Below are positions 52,944 to 64,000 of a stretch of DNA of 64,000 nucleotides, piece after piece. A program made the position numbers and the translations under genes. Source of the stretch: Octopus sinensis (taxonomy: Eukaryota); NCBI RefSeq assembly GCF_006345805.1, contig NC_043011.1, forward strand, positions 11,656,001-11,720,000, given 5' to 3'. Under the pieces are notes generated by a model. The model did no database searches. It worked only from the letters and a program-made list of their open reading frames with translations, and was not told the DNA's origin. Each line of letters starts with the position of its first letter. Within the stretch, counting starts at the first letter, position 1.

Positions 52944-53184
52944 CGATTATATTTTCAGGTTTCTTGAGTTTTTCACACAAGCTCCCGCTCGGCCCACACA
53001 CACTTCCATAAGTTAGTTTTTCTCCATTTCGTTTCATATCGATGTTAGCGTAAATGTTTCCTGGTTGGAAACCAAAAGTTTTCCGGGTATCAATAAATCT
53101 TGTTGCCCAATAATATCCTCTTTCTTCCGGGTCCGGTTCATATGGATGGTCAAAGTATAGATGAGTAGCTTGTGCCATCACAAC
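52944..53184 (-). CDS. GH20 chitobiase-like hexosaminidase exon
   Basis: GACAG/GTAAGT; 241 bp, phase 0-1. VVMAQATHLYFDHPYEPDPEERGYYWATRFIDTRKTFGF, a chitobiase-type segment. Confidence 0.93.
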
Positions 53185-53199
53185 CTGTCGATTAGTAAA

Positions 53200-53301
53200 G
53201 AGAGATAGATAGATATATAGATAGATAGAGAGAGAGAGAAGGAAAAGGGAGAGAGAGAGAAAGAAAGAGAGAGAGAGAAAGAAAGAAAGAGAGAGAGAGA
53301 A

Positions 53302-53362
<61 letters not shown>
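53200..53362. repeat. (GA)n/(GATA)n microsatellite at the GH20 exon acceptor; a similar tract lies at 52347-52420
   Basis: Read directly from the sequence. Confidence 0.95.
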
Positions 53363-53369
<7 letters not shown>

Positions 53370-54229
53370 CAAACTTCATTTTACATTAACATTTTGATCG
53401 AAACTTACGAAGCTTAACATTGCAGCTATTTAACGGCCAAAATCACACACACACACATACAAAACACACACATATACACATAAATTCTTTTGATAGCTTT
53501 TCCAGAATTTCCCGCTTAGATCAAGTGTAACTCCGCATTCCAGTTTTCTCCTCTCTCGGAAGCGCTCGAGATAGTGAGCGGCAAATAACAATGTTGATTT
53601 CCTTCAACAAAACTCTTCCATCTCCACGTCTTTAATCGCTCTGAAAGTTACACATAGTTGTTACATGTTCAAACTATCTGGATTGTACTAACTAAACAGA
53701 GAAACAGACCTTAAGGCAAGCGTGCACTTCAGAGCACCACAAGCGTGTACCACAAGGCAGCTATGAAAATAGATGAGGAACAATCAGAACTAGCAGAGAT
53801 TAAAAGAGGTGTAAGATAAGGATGTGTTATCACCATACCCATTTAAAATCTATGCTGTATATATATTCCGAGAGTCAAATGAGATCAAAGGAGTCAATGG
53901 CACGAACATAGGTAAACTATAAGAAAGACATGCTAATGATACAACGTTATTCGCAGACATCAAACTGTAGGCAACTGTAAAAGAGCAAAATGACAAGAAA
54001 GACCTAACAATGAATGTAAAAAAGACAAAGACGCTGGTTTTAATAATAGGGAACAAAAGGAATATAAAGACCGATAGTAAAAAGTAAAATGACAATCCTT
54101 CAGACATGCTAGCCGGAAGTATGCCTGAAGAGTTCTTTATATTGCTATGTGCAGCAGTCGGCGCGAAACCGACGTTAACATTCTGATCAGTTATATATAC
54201 ATACATACATGCATACATGCATGCATACA

Positions 54230-54267
<38 letters not shown>

Positions 54268-54269
54268 AT

Positions 54270-54311
<42 letters not shown>

Positions 54312-54328
54312 TACACACGCATACACAT

Positions 54329-54633
54329 GTGGAGGCGCAATGGCCCAGTGGTTAGGGCAGCGGACTCGCGGTCGTAGGATCGTGGTTTCGATTCCCAGAC
54401 CGGGCGTTGTGAGTGTTTATTGAGCGAAAAACACCTGAAGCTCCACGAGGCTCCGGCAGGGGTGGTGGGGATCCCTGCTGTACTCTTTCGCCACAACTTT
54501 CTCTCACTCTTTCTTCTGTTGGCCTGCTCGCTTAGCCAGCGGGGTGGCGTCATTTGAAGGCTAAAACAATGCGAAGCGCATTGTGACCAGCGATGTGTAG
54601 CAACATCTGATAGCCTGGTCGGTCACGGTGATA
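54329..54633 (+). mobile_element. SINE family C (tail variant 1)
   Basis: Same head and body as 48766; diverges after CTCTCACTCTT. Confidence 0.85.
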
Positions 54634-54638
54634 TATAC

Positions 54639-54710
<72 letters not shown>

Positions 54711-54966
54711 AAAAAATATAAATCTTATTAAAATACAATAATATTATTAGAAATAATGAATTTCTAAATGTCTCAAAGAGACATGAGCGGTGGTGGAGCG
54801 ATAGAGTGGTTGCATAAAGTCAACATAACGTGACAGTCCCGTAGAGAGAATTACACCACCGCTATATAGCCATAGGAAGCATCGACGCTTCCTGTCGGCT
54901 TTGACGCATTTTCTGCGTCCTTATATTCGTAAAGGGGAGGCAAGCACCATATAGGTAGAATTATAA

Positions 54967-55151
54967 ATATGAAGTAGTGGTGCACGAAGTACCATTATTT
55001 GCTGGAAATAGCAGCTGATAACCGTTCGGCGCTAGGCAAAGCTTCACATATCTCTGCCTCTATACATTCAGTGAAGCTTTACCTAGCGCCGAACGGTTAT
55101 CAGCTGCTATTTCCAGCAAATAATGGTACTTCGTGTACCACTACTTCATAT
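54967..55151. repeat. Inverted repeat (81-bp arms, 23-bp spacer); palindromic MITE-like
   Basis: Arms 54967-55047 and 55071-55151, 2 mismatches. Confidence 0.93.
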
Positions 55152-55635
55152 ATATATATAATACTGACTAATATCACTGGTATTAATATAAACTCTCACC
55201 CACTTATTGTAGACCGTTACCTCAAGCCCTCAATTGAAAACATATCGCATGTTTATATGTATGTATATATGTTTTTGTATAATTATTATAATTATATAAA
55301 AAGAAAAATACGAACTACTACAGTAATCCTCCCTTCTCAACACATGAAATATGTATGTACCTACGGGTATGTTTGTACGTAAATATATATACATATGCAT
55401 ATATGTGTGTGTATGTATAGATGTATATATATACGTATTCCTTATTAATATACCTTTTCATATACCTACATAACTACAATAATCTTAAGATATATTGATT
55501 ATTTAAATTCCACTATTATTTCTCTTTTGATAATTTTTCTTTCCTCTGTTTATACTTTATTTAATAAGAATAATATAATACACCTAATAATAATAATAAT
55601 AATTGATTCCTTTGCGTGCACATACGTATAAATAT

Positions 55636-56017
55636 GGGAAGCACTCCGTCGGTTACGACGACGAGGGTTCCGGTTGATCCAATCAACGGAACAGCCTGCT
55701 TGTGAAATTAACGTGTAAGTGGCTGAGCACTCCACAGACACGTGTACCCTTAACGTAGTTCTCGGGAATATTCAGCGTGACACAGAGAGTGACAAGGCCG
55801 GCCCTTTGAAATACAGGTACAACAGAAACAGGAAGTAAGAATGAGCGAAAGTTGTGGTGAAAGAGTACAGCAGGGATCACCACCATCCCCTGCCGAAGCC
55901 TCGTGGAGCTTTAGGTGTTTTCGCTCAATAAACACTCACAACACCCAGTCTGGGAATCGAAACCGCGATCCTATGACCGCGAGTCCGCTGCCCTAACCAC
56001 TGGGCCATTGCTCCTCC
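55636..56017 (-). mobile_element. SINE family C (tail variant 2) with ~12-bp TSD
   Basis: Reverse complement of 48766-49151; ACGTATAAATAT at 55624-35 and 56018-29. Confidence 0.88.
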
Positions 56018-57063
56018 ACGTATAAATATATAAATATGGGGTATAAATATATAGGTATGTATTTACGTATATTTATGTATATGTATGTATATGTAGAAGT
56101 GTGTGTATATGTATGTATTTATGAACTTTCTAAACTCTCTGATGAAACCCAGAGGCACCCCCAAGTACCTTAATTTTATCTACCAAATACTGAAGGGATG
56201 GAAGTAAAGTGGGGTTCTATGGACTCTTGGCTGAAACAGCTGTAAGATACTATTCTACTTTCTATGCTCTACGTTATATATTTTAATAATTACTGGTATT
56301 TTTATATATTATACATGTACGTATATTGTTATAATTGCTTTTTTAAAAATAAATAAATAGGCATAACATAATATCTAAAAGTTGATGAATACCACCTCTT
56401 GATCCCCTCCATTTTCTTATTGCCGTATATATATGTAGTGAGAATTTACGACCCCCCCCCCCAAAAGATGAAGGCGGGTGTGTAAACAACAAACATATGT
56501 ATTAGTTTAACGCTCGGGAAGTGAGAAAGTCTTTTACGTTTCGAGCCTACGCTCTTCGACAGAAAGGAACACAGAAATAAACAGGGAGAGAAAATAGAAA
56601 AAGGTATAGTGGCTTGCGATCTATCATGGCGAATGCCGGACAGAGGGGTCACACAGAAGAGCTAGGAAGAAGGGGAGATAATAAAGTAGTGGTGATTCCA
56701 AAACGAAGGTGTGCGTGTGTGTATGTGAGAGCGTATATGTGCGTGTCCGTGCGTGTTGAAGGGGGATGGGTGGTGACATTGCCGTATGCGTGCGTGCATG
56801 TGAAGGTGTGTGGATGATGGTGTGGGTGCTGGGAAGTGGTCAGTGCTAGTGTGTGCGGGTTACACACACATACACATGCACACACATACAAACACACACA
56901 CACACATATAGATATAGATATATGTACATATACACTCACACACACATACATACACATACTTGCACATATATGTAGAGATAGCTTGCGAGTTAAATGGATA
57001 TATAGGTAGATAGATAAGCATACTGAAAATTCTCCGAATATCAAAGGAGGTTTAATAATTTAC

Positions 57064-57780
57064 CTTATATCCAGCATTGGCGAACTTGTATGCACGGCTG
57101 GCCTTGTTCCATTCCCATATATTGTCCCAAGCATAAGCTGTTACATTTTCATTCTGTATTGACTGTCTCGGGAACATTCGATCACTAGTGTCCATTAGTC
57201 CATCTTCCCAAGCGGAGATGTCCAGATTAAAAGGTGCAGTTAAGTTGCTAACCATAGAGACGAAATAATGTTTTATCTCACTGGTTGTAAAAGCTGATGA
57301 CTTCATTAGTTTCTGGCAAGCGGGGGACTTCAACCAAGCTCCGTCTCCTACTTCGTCTCCTCCAAAGTGATAGTTTTTCAGCGGCATGATAGGTTTGTGC
57401 ATGGCCTTTAGTTCGTTCAGCAAATGCGTCAGAAATCTGAAACTCCCTGTCACGCATGGGTTTAAGGCATTGTCGCTGAACATCTGCACAGACCGGTAAC
57501 GTGATTTATCATTGGGATCGGTCAGTAAAAACATTGAACCCATGCTTCCACTGACTGCTTTAGACCGCGCCTCCATTGATTTTATGGCGGCACGGGCATG
57601 ACCGGGCATGTCTAGCTCGGGTATAACTTCAATATGATGTTTTTTGGCTGCTTTAAGAATTTCCACGTAGTCTTGGACTGTGTAGTAACCATTCACTGAT
57701 GAGTTCATATTCGGACCGGAGCCAAGCTGTGACATCAGACACGTTCTCTCCGACATATCGTCGCAGCGTTTTGCGCCAAT
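57064..57780 (-). CDS. GH20 chitobiase-like hexosaminidase, catalytic exon
   Basis: TTGCAG/GTAAAT; 717 bp, phase 0-0. Contains IEVIPELDMPGHARAA and YHFGGDEV (the GH20 catalytic D-E pair). Confidence 0.95.
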
Positions 57781-57852
57781 CTGCAATATAAACAATATGG
57801 TGAATTACTGATCAATGAGAGATATTGTAAGGAAAGTTTCTTTAAATAATCA

Positions 57853-58150
57853 CTAGCAGTATCGCCCGGCGTTGCTCGGGTTTGTAAGGAAAATAACTAT
57901 ATAAGCATTTTTAGAGAGTTACTTCCCTTATATAACCCGAGCAAAAATCATCAAAAATGCGGAAAAATGATGGTAATTTTTTTTTTAAATCGTAGACTCA
58001 TCGTAGACGCGCGCTAACACCCAGAAGGGCTCGATATGAATGACGACTATAAGATACCCGCTTTTGGTTAAACTGCACCGCAAAATGTGGGAGTAGTTAG
58101 GAATCTAAATCGGAGCAGACAGTCTCACACACATAACTTGAATTTTATAT
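57853..58150 (-). mobile_element. Non-autonomous Helitron-like element, same family as 42933
   Basis: CTAGCAGTATCGCCCGGCGTTGCTCGGG terminus and a shared body. Confidence 0.7.
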
Positions 58151-60279
58151 ATATATATTCATATACATTTGAGTATCAGTATCTGTATATGTGGAATGTA
58201 TGGATGAACATGATGGGTCTTCTGAGATTTACATGTGTATGCGTATATAAGAACGCACATGTCTGAACGTATTAGAGAACATAATGCATAGACAGCTCCT
58301 TTTTATATGTAAGTTATTGTGTACGTGCATATGTAGGATGTCTGTACTAGGCATCTACAAGTCTATTTCGTAGAGACGCACGCATACATTTATGATTATG
58401 CATATATATGTAGCGAATCTTGCATGTATGAAGTGGATTCGATCTACTATAACCAAATTTAAATCAACACTGCTACAGAACTTTTCCCATGATGGAACAA
58501 TGGTTTTTCTCTGACAGCAGTTTTACATTTTCCAGATGCCTCTAGCTAGGCCAAATAATGTCTTCACTACTTGACCCTTTCTAACCTCTTCTACTTCACC
58601 AAAAGCTAGAATAGATAACAAGACCACCAACTAAATATGTTGTTCTCAATGATATATCTATCCTTTTGGATAGTTATAAAAGCAATCACACCCCAAGCAA
58701 AAATCAGTTAGTCACCACTTGGTGACAACTCATCAAGAACGTAGTCTGGCTGACCAGCTAGAACCTTGGTCAGAGGGAGAAATGAAGTTTACTGTCAGAC
58801 AACACGGCCAGAGGGAAAAGAAAGACAACGTCTCACACTCTCTCACTCTCACTAGCTCCAAATCTGTTCTCAAATCTTTTCCAGATGCCTTTAGCTAGGC
58901 CAAATAATGTCTTCACCACTTGACCCTTTCTAACCTCTTCTACTTCACCAAAAGCTAGAATAGATAACAAGACCACCAACTAAATCTACGGTTCTATCAT
59001 TCTATCTGTCTCAGCAATTACTACTAGACAATGAGAGAACCCAAACTCAAATATTCTACCGCATCTAACTTTCACATGCTTTTGGATTTATCAACCTGCC
59101 CGTCGAGACAAGGTATTGTAACGTAACGGTAAATAAATATTTCTTTAAACTTCATGCATTGTTCTATCTTCCACATCCTACAGTATGCGATAACAACAAA
59201 TATCATAATGTTTACAAATCAATTTCTCCTGTTACAATTAATAACCACACCAAATCAATTAAATCCGTTACATATACATACCTGTGTAAAGATCTCACGT
59301 ATACATAATTGCATATGGATACTCTCAAATATGAATGATCATATCTCTCCTACTAAAAGTTACACACACAGACAAAATTGCTTTGTCTTATAATTTGAAC
59401 ATAAGAAAACCGAATTTCATATGATCGAAAAACCAGAATACTGAATACAAGAATGTCGAAAATGGGAGAAACGGTCTTAAAAGCTATTTATTTACACTTT
59501 TATAAATGAGTTTATTTGTGAAACAATTTTTTTTATTATACTGCATCACAATAATAAAGGTAAACGAGAAAATTAGCATATTTACACACAAAAATAAATA
59601 AATTAGTAAATAGAAGTTTTTGCAAGATACTATATTGAAAACAAAAGCCAAAACATTGAATAATTTATTTATCGAAAACTTTTGTTATTTAAATTCACTC
59701 GTTATTGAATATTTCCTTTCTTTTCTTTCAATACAATCATAAATATACCGTAAGATCATGGCCAAAGCTTGAATATTGGTATTACAAAGCGAATGAGTGA
59801 TGGTAAATGGAATGAGCGAATGAGTGATGGTAAAAGTACACAAGCCAACTTTTGATCTAACGGAATTCAACATATTAATATTTGTTTTGAAAGAATGGAA
59901 GAAAATTCCAATTAATATGAGAATTTAAAGTGAGGAAATATTTGATGAACAAACTATCTACATTTTGTTTAGGTGTTCGTTGCATTCCTGAAAAACACTT
60001 TTATTTATCTATTTAATTTTTGTCTTAGATATCTCGCTTATCTGTTATTATGGTGTAGCTTCTCGAATAAATTCCTTTTTAAAACTGCAAATAAATCTTA
60101 TATTCCCCCAAAATGTTTCAACATTTGTTATTTTGATTTTTAACATCGCAGCGTTCCGTGTTCTGCATTTTCGTTATTCTGAATTTCAGCCATTTGAAAT
60201 TTGGCCTTCTTATGTTCAGCTTTATAATTGCTACCCACATAAAACATACACATCCACTCGACTATGATATTGGACTGAC

Positions 60280-60725
60280 CGATGTCAATTCGGGTAGGCC
60301 TGGGATCTCGATCCTCCATCCTTCATCATCGGTGAGATGCAGATGTAACTTGTTCATCTTGTAGGTAGCCATAGCTTCAATCAGTTTGAGGATACACTCT
60401 TTGCTGTGGAAATTCCGACCCACGTCGATCTGAACTCCACGATAAGAGTAGCGAGGTCTGTCTCTGATGAAAGCTATGGGTACGGTGAAACCGCTGTTGG
60501 GGTTTCCCGTCTTCAAACTGAGCAGTGATTGTATACCGTAGAAGACACCTGCTCTACCTGCACCTTTTATCAGGATTTTCTCATCGCCTTCATGAATTGT
60601 TAACTCGTAATCTTCGTCTGTGTCTGGTCTAGATCCGTCGCCAATGAAATGCAATTTTCCAACGCTGAGGAAAATGAATTTCTTCAGAGCCGACACTTTC
60701 TGTACGACTGGAATCTTTAGCTTGT
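60280..60725 (-). CDS. GH20 beta-N-acetylhexosaminidase (chitobiase-like), first exon visible in window (GH20b domain and start of catalytic barrel)
   Basis: GACAG acceptor, GTCAGT donor; 446 bp. Contains EDYEL...GAGRAGVFYGIQSL and DRPRYSYRGVQIDVGRNFH...HLHLTDDEGWRIEIPGLPELT, canonical GH20 motifs. Confidence 0.93.
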
Positions 60726-61203
60726 CTGTCAATTATAAACATTTGACATTAATGATAGAAGGGGTGATGATAAGGATGCATATAGTAGTGATGGTAGTGG
60801 TAGTCATAGCAATAATGTTGGTGTTGTTGATTGCTCTTCGTGTTGTGGCAGTAATAGAAATAGTCTTGATGGTGTTGCTAGTAATGTTTATGCTGGTGGT
60901 TAACACACCGAGATTGGTGGAAGTCATAATCATGTTGTTACTGGTTATAGGTCTGCTAAGTGGAAGACATATTGACAGTGATATTGTTGGCGATGATGAA
61001 AATGATGTTAGTGGGGTGACAGTGGTAATAGTGGTGGTAATGATAGTTGTATTGGTGTGGTGTATTTGTAACCCTGAAGATGAAAGTTGATTCTGAAATT
61101 CATGGTGGTGATTGTAGTTATTCTTGTTAATGATACTGAGTTTTGTTAGACGTATCTACCAGCATATATAACAACAATCTCGATGTATATAACAAGATTA
61201 TTC

Positions 61204-61611
61204 GGATCTTTTCGGTTTGAACGGCAGTTTTTTCTAGCGGTGTCATATGAAATTGTCACCCATAATTATGACCTTAGTATCGATCTATTGCATTTCAATC
61301 TGTTTTAGGGTTAGGGGTGGGGGAAGGGTATTTTTTTTCTTCACAAATGTAAATAAACCCAATCTGTTTCTTAAATGAGGGACATATTCATACGACACAG
61401 AATGTTTTCACCTCAATAGACGGTCATTGATTGGTTGAAATTGCAGAAATTGAAGAAAAAAACAACAAATATCTTACAAACTATAGAATTTTCTCAATAA
61501 AGCCAAGAGAAAAAGATGTTTTATAAACACACTCTACCAGTATACGAAGTTAAAAATTTTTTAGTTACCTAGAAATTATGTTAAAAACTCCCGTTCAAAC
61601 CGAAAAGATCC
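61204..61611. mobile_element. MITE, 408 bp, perfect 8-bp TSD (Merlin-like)
   Basis: TIRs begin GGATCTTTTCGGTTTGAACGG; TSD GATTATTC at 61196-61203 and 61612-61619. Confidence 0.9.
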
Positions 61612-62888
61612 GATTATTCTTAGTAGTTATATCACTAACAAGAGTAATAAGTTGTTGTTGTTAATGATATTGTTTAGCAACAGAGCTATAATGAAAGTTA
61701 TTCCTGCCATAAGCATCTCGTCTGTTTCATTAATTATAATCCAATATTTGTTTTTTTAGGACAACACGGTGCCATTTGAGGGAGACCTGTCTCTGTTACT
61801 AGTAGGTTGGGCAACCACATTTCATTGGCTCATATCAGCAATATTATGAACGGTGGCAATGGTATTTTATCGTTTAATTTCCAAAATCCGAAAATCTTCT
61901 ACGTCAGAAATTTGTTTTGAGTGAAAGATACACCACAAATGATAGATTACTGAAAGCGCACCGAATTTTTACGCGAAATGTTTTCTGAAAAGCAAATTTT
62001 ATTAATTTTGTTGGATTTTAAATGTATCAAACAGGGGGAAAATATACTTAGTGAGAATTGTTTATATCTAGGTCTTTTTTTTTTTATATAGCTAGTTTAC
62101 AGTTATATATTATTTTGATCTTATAAATGCTAAAATTTAAGTTAAAAAAACGAATGTAAGAAGCGAAATAGATTATAACTCTTCTATATGGTTGAAAGGA
62201 TAAAGCGACTATGTAATGGGTAGGTTTATTCTGGTGGAAAAACATTCTGAAATACGAAACAACTCCTGCCACAAGCATTTTGGATAAAGAATTATCAAAT
62301 ATATTGCAGAAAATAGTGACTTGTTGAGGAAGTGTTTTGCAAATTTTCTTAATGCGTTTTCATTGTATGACTGAGAAACATGAAAATAAAAAGATGACTA
62401 ACAATGATAAAGAGGATAAAAAAAAAGAAAAAAGAAAAGGAAGGTGGGTGTTGAGAAGCGAAACATTATTTCATTCATTTCGGGCACATCTACCATAACA
62501 CAGTTTATTAGTAGAGAACTAGTTTCGCGGTACAATAAAAATCAAGAATTAAATTACTATTACATTTCGTATGGAAAGTTTTAAAATTCTATGTTTTAAA
62601 CTAAAAACTATAGACGAGTTATTCGCCTTCTTCTGATAATTATATTTGTGTATAATGAAAATTATGAATAACACATTTATGAAGTTGCTCAAGATCTTCT
62701 GGTTTCAGTCCAGATATTGGAAACAGTTGATCCAAATACAATTGAATGAATTACTTAAAATAAGTTAAAGGGAAAAGTTGTATTGTCACATTTTATTAAA
62801 ATGTTTTTTTTTAAAATCAAAATGCTAAAAACTATATAATTTCACGTTATGTCATTTTATGTTTTCAATATAATAACATCATGTGAAG

Positions 62889-63219
62889 GCGCATGGCTCA
62901 ATGGTTAGAGTGTCGAGCTTACGATCATAAGGTTGTGTGTTCGAATCTCGGATGGGCTGCGTGTTGTGTTCTTGAGCAAGACACTTTATTTCACGTTGCT
63001 CCAGTTCACTCAGCTGTAGAAATGAGTTGCGACGTCACAGGTGCCAAGCTGTATCGGCCCCTTTGCCTTTCCCTTGGATAACACTGGTGGCGTGGAGATG
63101 GAAGGCCGGTATGCATGGGCGACTGTTGGTCTTCCATAAACAACCTTGCCCAGACTTGTGTCTGGGAGGGTAACTTTCTAGGTGCAATTCCACGGTCAGT
63201 CATGACCGAAGGAAGTCTC
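62889..63219 (+). mobile_element. tRNA-derived SINE family D with CORE-like box
   Basis: TGGCTCAATGG A-box, GTTCGAATC B-box, GTGTTCTTGAGCAAGACACTT box. Confidence 0.75.
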
Positions 63220-63512
63220 TCAATAATAACATCGCTTTTCTACTTTAACACACATTTATAAACTACAACACTTTTAATATTCTAATGAGAACTAATTTCC
63301 TAAATCTTTAAAGTTTTAATATTTACTATAAATTGATTAATTGCTGATTTTACCAACTATTTTTTCTATCTATTGTTTTCGACAAATGTTTTGATCAACT
63401 GTTCCTGAGCAAACTGCCCGCATAACATATTTTCTAAAGCCTTAAATTGCATTTTAAAAAATCTGCTGCAAACCGTTTCAGAATAACTGGTCTATAAGAT
63501 AAAAATTGCATA

Positions 63513-63777
63513 CTCTTTACTCTTTTTACTTGTTTCAGTCATTTGACTGTGACCATGCTGGAGCACCACCTTTTAGTCGAGCAAATCGACCCTAGGACTT
63601 ATCCTTTGTAAGCCTAGTACTTATTCTATCGGTCTCTTTTGCCGAACCGCTAAGTTACGGGGACGTAAGCACACCAGCATCGGTTGTCAAGCGATGTTGG
63701 GGGGACAAACACAGACACACAACACACACACACACACACACACACACAACACACACAACACACACACACACACACAC

Positions 63778-63831
<54 letters not shown>

Positions 63832-63989
63832 TACGACGGGCTTCTTTCAGTTTCCGTCTACCAAATCCACTCACAAGGCTTTGGTCGGCTATAGTAGAAG
63901 ACACCTGCCCAAGGTGCCACGCAGTGGGACTGAACCCGGAACCATGTGGTTGGTAAGCAAGCTACTTACCACACAGCCACTCCTACGCC
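63513..63989 (-). mobile_element. SINE family A with expanded internal (CA)n/(TA)n
   Basis: Full head and tail. Confidence 0.85.
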
Positions 63990-64000
63990 TGAGAACAATT

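Noticed and set aside
52789-53379. 196-aa ORF as a single protein
   Set aside because: Only 52944-53184 is exon; the SLSL start is a (GA)n tract and the end runs into a SINE.
54786-54865. Short AGCGGTGGTG/CACCACCGCT inverted ends
   Set aside because: Only 10 bp with no clear TSD; may be chance or a heavily decayed MITE.
60620-61090. 156-aa hydrophobic ORF on + resembling a membrane protein
   Set aside because: It comes from a TGG/TAG/TGA trinucleotide-rich intronic tract and overlaps the GH20 exon antisense.
61741-62300. Possible upstream GH20 exon(s) on the - strand
   Set aside because: Short frames with stops and no chitobiase N-terminal motifs; not called.

Overview
AT-rich, repeat-dense animal genomic DNA. 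The SINE/LINE repertoire and microsatellite load suggest an octopus (coleoid cephalopod); this is an inference. Two intron-containing genes converge. (1) On +, the last three coding exons of a CNNM/CorC-family divalent-metal transporter: 16866-17027, 19372-19455, 22631-23490. They encode the CNBH domain and a long low-complexity tail with poly-His/poly-Glu. (2) On -, six exons of a GH20 beta-N-acetylhexosaminidase of the bacterial chitobiase type: 60725-60280, 57780-57064, 53184-52944, 51190-50947, 47489-47343, 37779-37728. They splice in frame with GT-AG junctions; the 5' exons were not found. The rest is transposon debris: RTE, CR1-group, R4/RLE-like, Vingi-like and Penelope-like retroelements, four tRNA-derived SINE families, a near-full-length mariner, piggyBac-, Tc1/mariner- and Merlin-like MITEs, non-autonomous Helitrons, microsatellites and a 100-N gap. 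Most notable non-routine signals: a dispersed family of minimal type-I hammerhead-ribozyme-like motifs with covarying stems and non-canonical cores; several long near-perfect inverted repeats, including a spacer-less ~350-bp palindrome; a 353-bp direct repeat bracketing almost the whole last GH20 intron; a LINE/SINE shared 3' stem-loop with compensatory changes; and a candidate recursive splice site.
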